Assembly (NCBI GenBank): GCA_000002445.1
Contig: CP000070.1
Span: 448,001 to 512,000 of the forward strand
Length of the DNA stretch: 64,000 bases
Reading direction: 5' to 3'
Origin: Trypanosoma brucei
Lineage: Eukaryota
The notes under the pieces: model-generated
Told to the model about the DNA's origin: nothing
What the model saw: the letters and a program-made list of their open reading frames with translations, nothing else
Database searches by the model: none
Shown: positions 62,388-64,000 of the stretch, in pieces
Layout of the letters: each line of letters starts with the position of its first letter
Numbering within the stretch: position 1 is the first letter of the stretch
Program-made: the position numbers and the translations under genes

Positions 62388-64000
62388 TCATTTCCGTGTG
62401 AATGCTGGTGCATCTCGATATTTTCTCTCTTCATGATACGCTATTATAAGCTCTTTCTGTATCTTTTTATCAAATGTTATTTGATACTGGTCAATACCAT
62501 CCCAAAATACTTGTGTTTCCTCAGTTTGTTGCTCAGCATCAGCGGTGTTGTTGTTCACACATCGTTGCCGCGTCTTAATCACACCACCATAAATAGCATT
62601 AACATATATCATCTCCCATGCCATGTTACGAGAAAAGGTATCCCAATCGGAAAAATACCTTGCAATGTTTGTCATAAATTCCTGTAACTCTGAAACACTT
62701 GCTTCTTTCCTGTAATTATCTGTTATTTGAATAAGCACAATAGTCTTTGAGGCAACTCCCAGTTGTGGAAAACCATCCCTCATATCCGCAACCCTTCTAG
62801 AGCAATCTTCCACAAAGAAAAAGCCACCAACAAGGGGCTTACTCTCTTCAAATGACCTGTAGAGCACCTTGTATTCACAGTTTCCAATTGCATTCTGTCC
62901 AGCTTCTGGTAAGAACTTTTGTTCAACAAGTTGAAACTGTTGTGGGGTCATATCTTTCAGGATGCTACGCTTGTCTTCCGTCTCTCCGAGTCTTCGGAGG
63001 TAGTTCAAATGTTTTGTGACCACACAAAAGACTCTAGGAAAGAGAAGTGAAACCAAAGCCCTTGTTTTAAGCGAGTAGGCTCCGACCTTACCGTATCCCA
63101 TCATGAATTCAAGGGATGACATACTTTTCGCAACAGTTGCAAACAGCGTACAGAGTATCATATTCCCAATGGCAACTGATAGAGGTCTACAGTGGTATGA
63201 TTCGAGGTTGCCATATCTGCTCCTCTCCCGTACAATCTTTATTAACGGTTGTGTGAAATCATTACCTTTCCATTCAAAATATTTTCCCATCATCATATCA
63301 TAGCCATCTCGTCTATTACAACTGAGACGGCTTAGATACCTTATTACCTCCAACTCACGACAGTTACCTCGATTACCGAAAACATAACGAGGCAGCGGCC
63401 CCACTACGTCAACACGTCTCTCCACCAACCTCCACTCATCCTCTAGCTCTTCCTTAACCTTCGCACGAGCATTTTCATCGAGAGTCGTATAGTTGGGAAA
63501 TAGGGACAGTTTCTTCCAAGCCACAAACGCCTTAATGTCACGTACGTCATCGCAGTTTAAAATTATCCTTGTTTGTTCCAGGTTCTTCATCCAGTACTTG
63601 TAGCGAACTCCATCTGGGGGTGCGAGGACAGTCACACCCCAAACATTTCTTGGGATCTCATAAGGCAGAGTTTCCTTAGGACTATTAATATCAAAAATAA
63701 TATGCCCTCTTTTTTTCAAACGCATTTCTTCAATAACATTAGTGACGTCTTTTCTCTTGTACAATACAACCCTCCCTTCCTCATTCCCCTTCTTGTTGTA
63801 TATAAGGTAAGCTTTGGCATCCGTGAAATACACAACGACATCAAGCATTCCTTCATGGAAGTGAAGTAGGGAATGAAGTAAAAATGATCCAACTCCACAT
63901 GATTTTCCAATACCAGATATACCAATGACAATGTGTGTTGGTGGTCTCTCTGTCTTTTGCACCCACCATGCATTTAATTTTTGTTGTATTATATACCACA
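62388..64000 (-). CDS. array copy 9: RHS-like P-loop NTPase, 3' part only (5' end beyond the window), a third more divergent mosaic core with early-stop C-terminus
   Basis: The reading frame stays open to position 64000; the track's M at 63962 is a GTG. It combines A-type GISGIGKS and DINSPKETLPYEIPRNVWGVTVLAPP with B-type ENARAKVKEELE and with unique tracts (FGNRGNCRELEVIRYLSRL; FATVAKSMSSLEFMMGYG; QQFQLVEQKF; EESKPLVGGFFF). Confidence 0.55.
   Translation of the reverse strand, partial: WYIIQQKLNAWWVQKTERPPTHIVIGISGIGKSCGVGSFLLHSLLHFHEGMLDVVVYFTDAKAYLIYNKKGNEEGRVVLYKRKDVTNVIEEMRLKKRGHIIFDINSPKETLPYEIPRNVWGVTVLAPPDGVRYKYWMKNLEQTRIILNCDDVRDIKAFVAWKKLSLFPNYTTLDENARAKVKEELEDEWRLVERRVDVVGPLPRYVFGNRGNCRELEVIRYLSRLSCNRRDGYDMMMGKYFEWKGNDFTQPLIKIVRERSRYGNLESYHCRPLSVAIGNMILCTLFATVAKSMSSLEFMMGYGKVGAYSLKTRALVSLLFPRVFCVVTKHLNYLRRLGETEDKRSILKDMTPQQFQLVEQKFLPEAGQNAIGNCEYKVLYRSFEESKPLVGGFFFVEDCSRRVADMRDGFPQLGVASKTIVLIQITDNYRKEASVSELQEFMTNIARYFSDWDTFSRNMAWEMIYVNAIYGGVIKTRQRCVNNNTADAEQQTEETQVFWDGIDQYQITFDKKIQKELIIAYHEERKYRDAPAFTRK

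Larger units (their letters stand above)
17012..64000. repeat. head-to-tail tandem array of a ~5.59 kb unit (periods 5569-5611 bp), 8 complete plus 1 truncated unit, continuing past the window end
   Basis: The anchor string 'caatacaaatcatacgtt' recurs at 17012, 22604, 28197, 33771, 39359, 44970, 50564, 56155 and 61724. Spacers are >98% identical. Similarity to unique sequence ends at ~17012. Confidence 0.95.

Noticed and set aside
17012-64000. Possibility that the periodic structure is a CRISPR array or prokaryotic defence island
   Set aside because: The period is 5.6 kb with a 2 kb protein-coding gene per unit. The sequence context is eukaryotic and kinetoplastid (unidirectional intron-less gene cluster, trans-splicing-type signals). 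There are no short direct repeats with unique spacers.

Overview
This window is eukaryotic and looks kinetoplastid, most like an African-trypanosome (Trypanosoma brucei-type) chromosome-internal region. It is not a prokaryotic locus. The evidence for that call is intron-less, densely packed same-strand genes, polypyrimidine/AG motifs upstream of start codons, an ESAG8-like leucine-rich-repeat gene, and (GT)n/(TA)n/(ATG)n microsatellites in AT-rich intergenic DNA.

The window has two parts.

(1) Positions 1-15,000 carry a co-directional '+' strand gene cluster:
- a hypothetical protein;
- a FYVE zinc-finger protein;
- an acidic hypothetical protein;
- a CMGC/CDK-related Ser/Thr kinase;
- glycine dehydrogenase (glycine-cleavage P-protein, 970 aa);
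- an ESAG8-like leucine-rich-repeat protein;
- a GDA1/CD39 nucleoside phosphatase.

(2) After a ~2 kb convergent strand-switch spacer (about 15.0-17.0 kb), the rest of the window (17,012 to the end, and continuing beyond it) is a head-to-tail tandem array of a ~5.59 kb unit, with 8 complete copies and 1 truncated copy. Each unit carries one ~690-aa '-' strand gene for a P-loop NTPase (Walker A IVIGISGIGKS or IVIGIPGTGKS). I interpret it as a member of the trypanosome RHS (retrotransposon hot spot)-like multigene family; that identity is an inference and has not been checked against any database.

The ~3.5 kb AT-rich spacers, the first ~115 codons and the last ~230 codons are almost identical across units. 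The central ~345 codons are a patchwork of at least two strongly diverged sequence types (A and B, roughly 50% aa identity in places) plus short recombinant tracts. One copy carries a nonsense mutation and three copies share an early-stop polymorphism, both detailed below. No retroelement insertion is present in any copy.

The six-frame ORF track allows GTG/TTG starts, so several of its ORF starts were moved to the first in-frame ATG.
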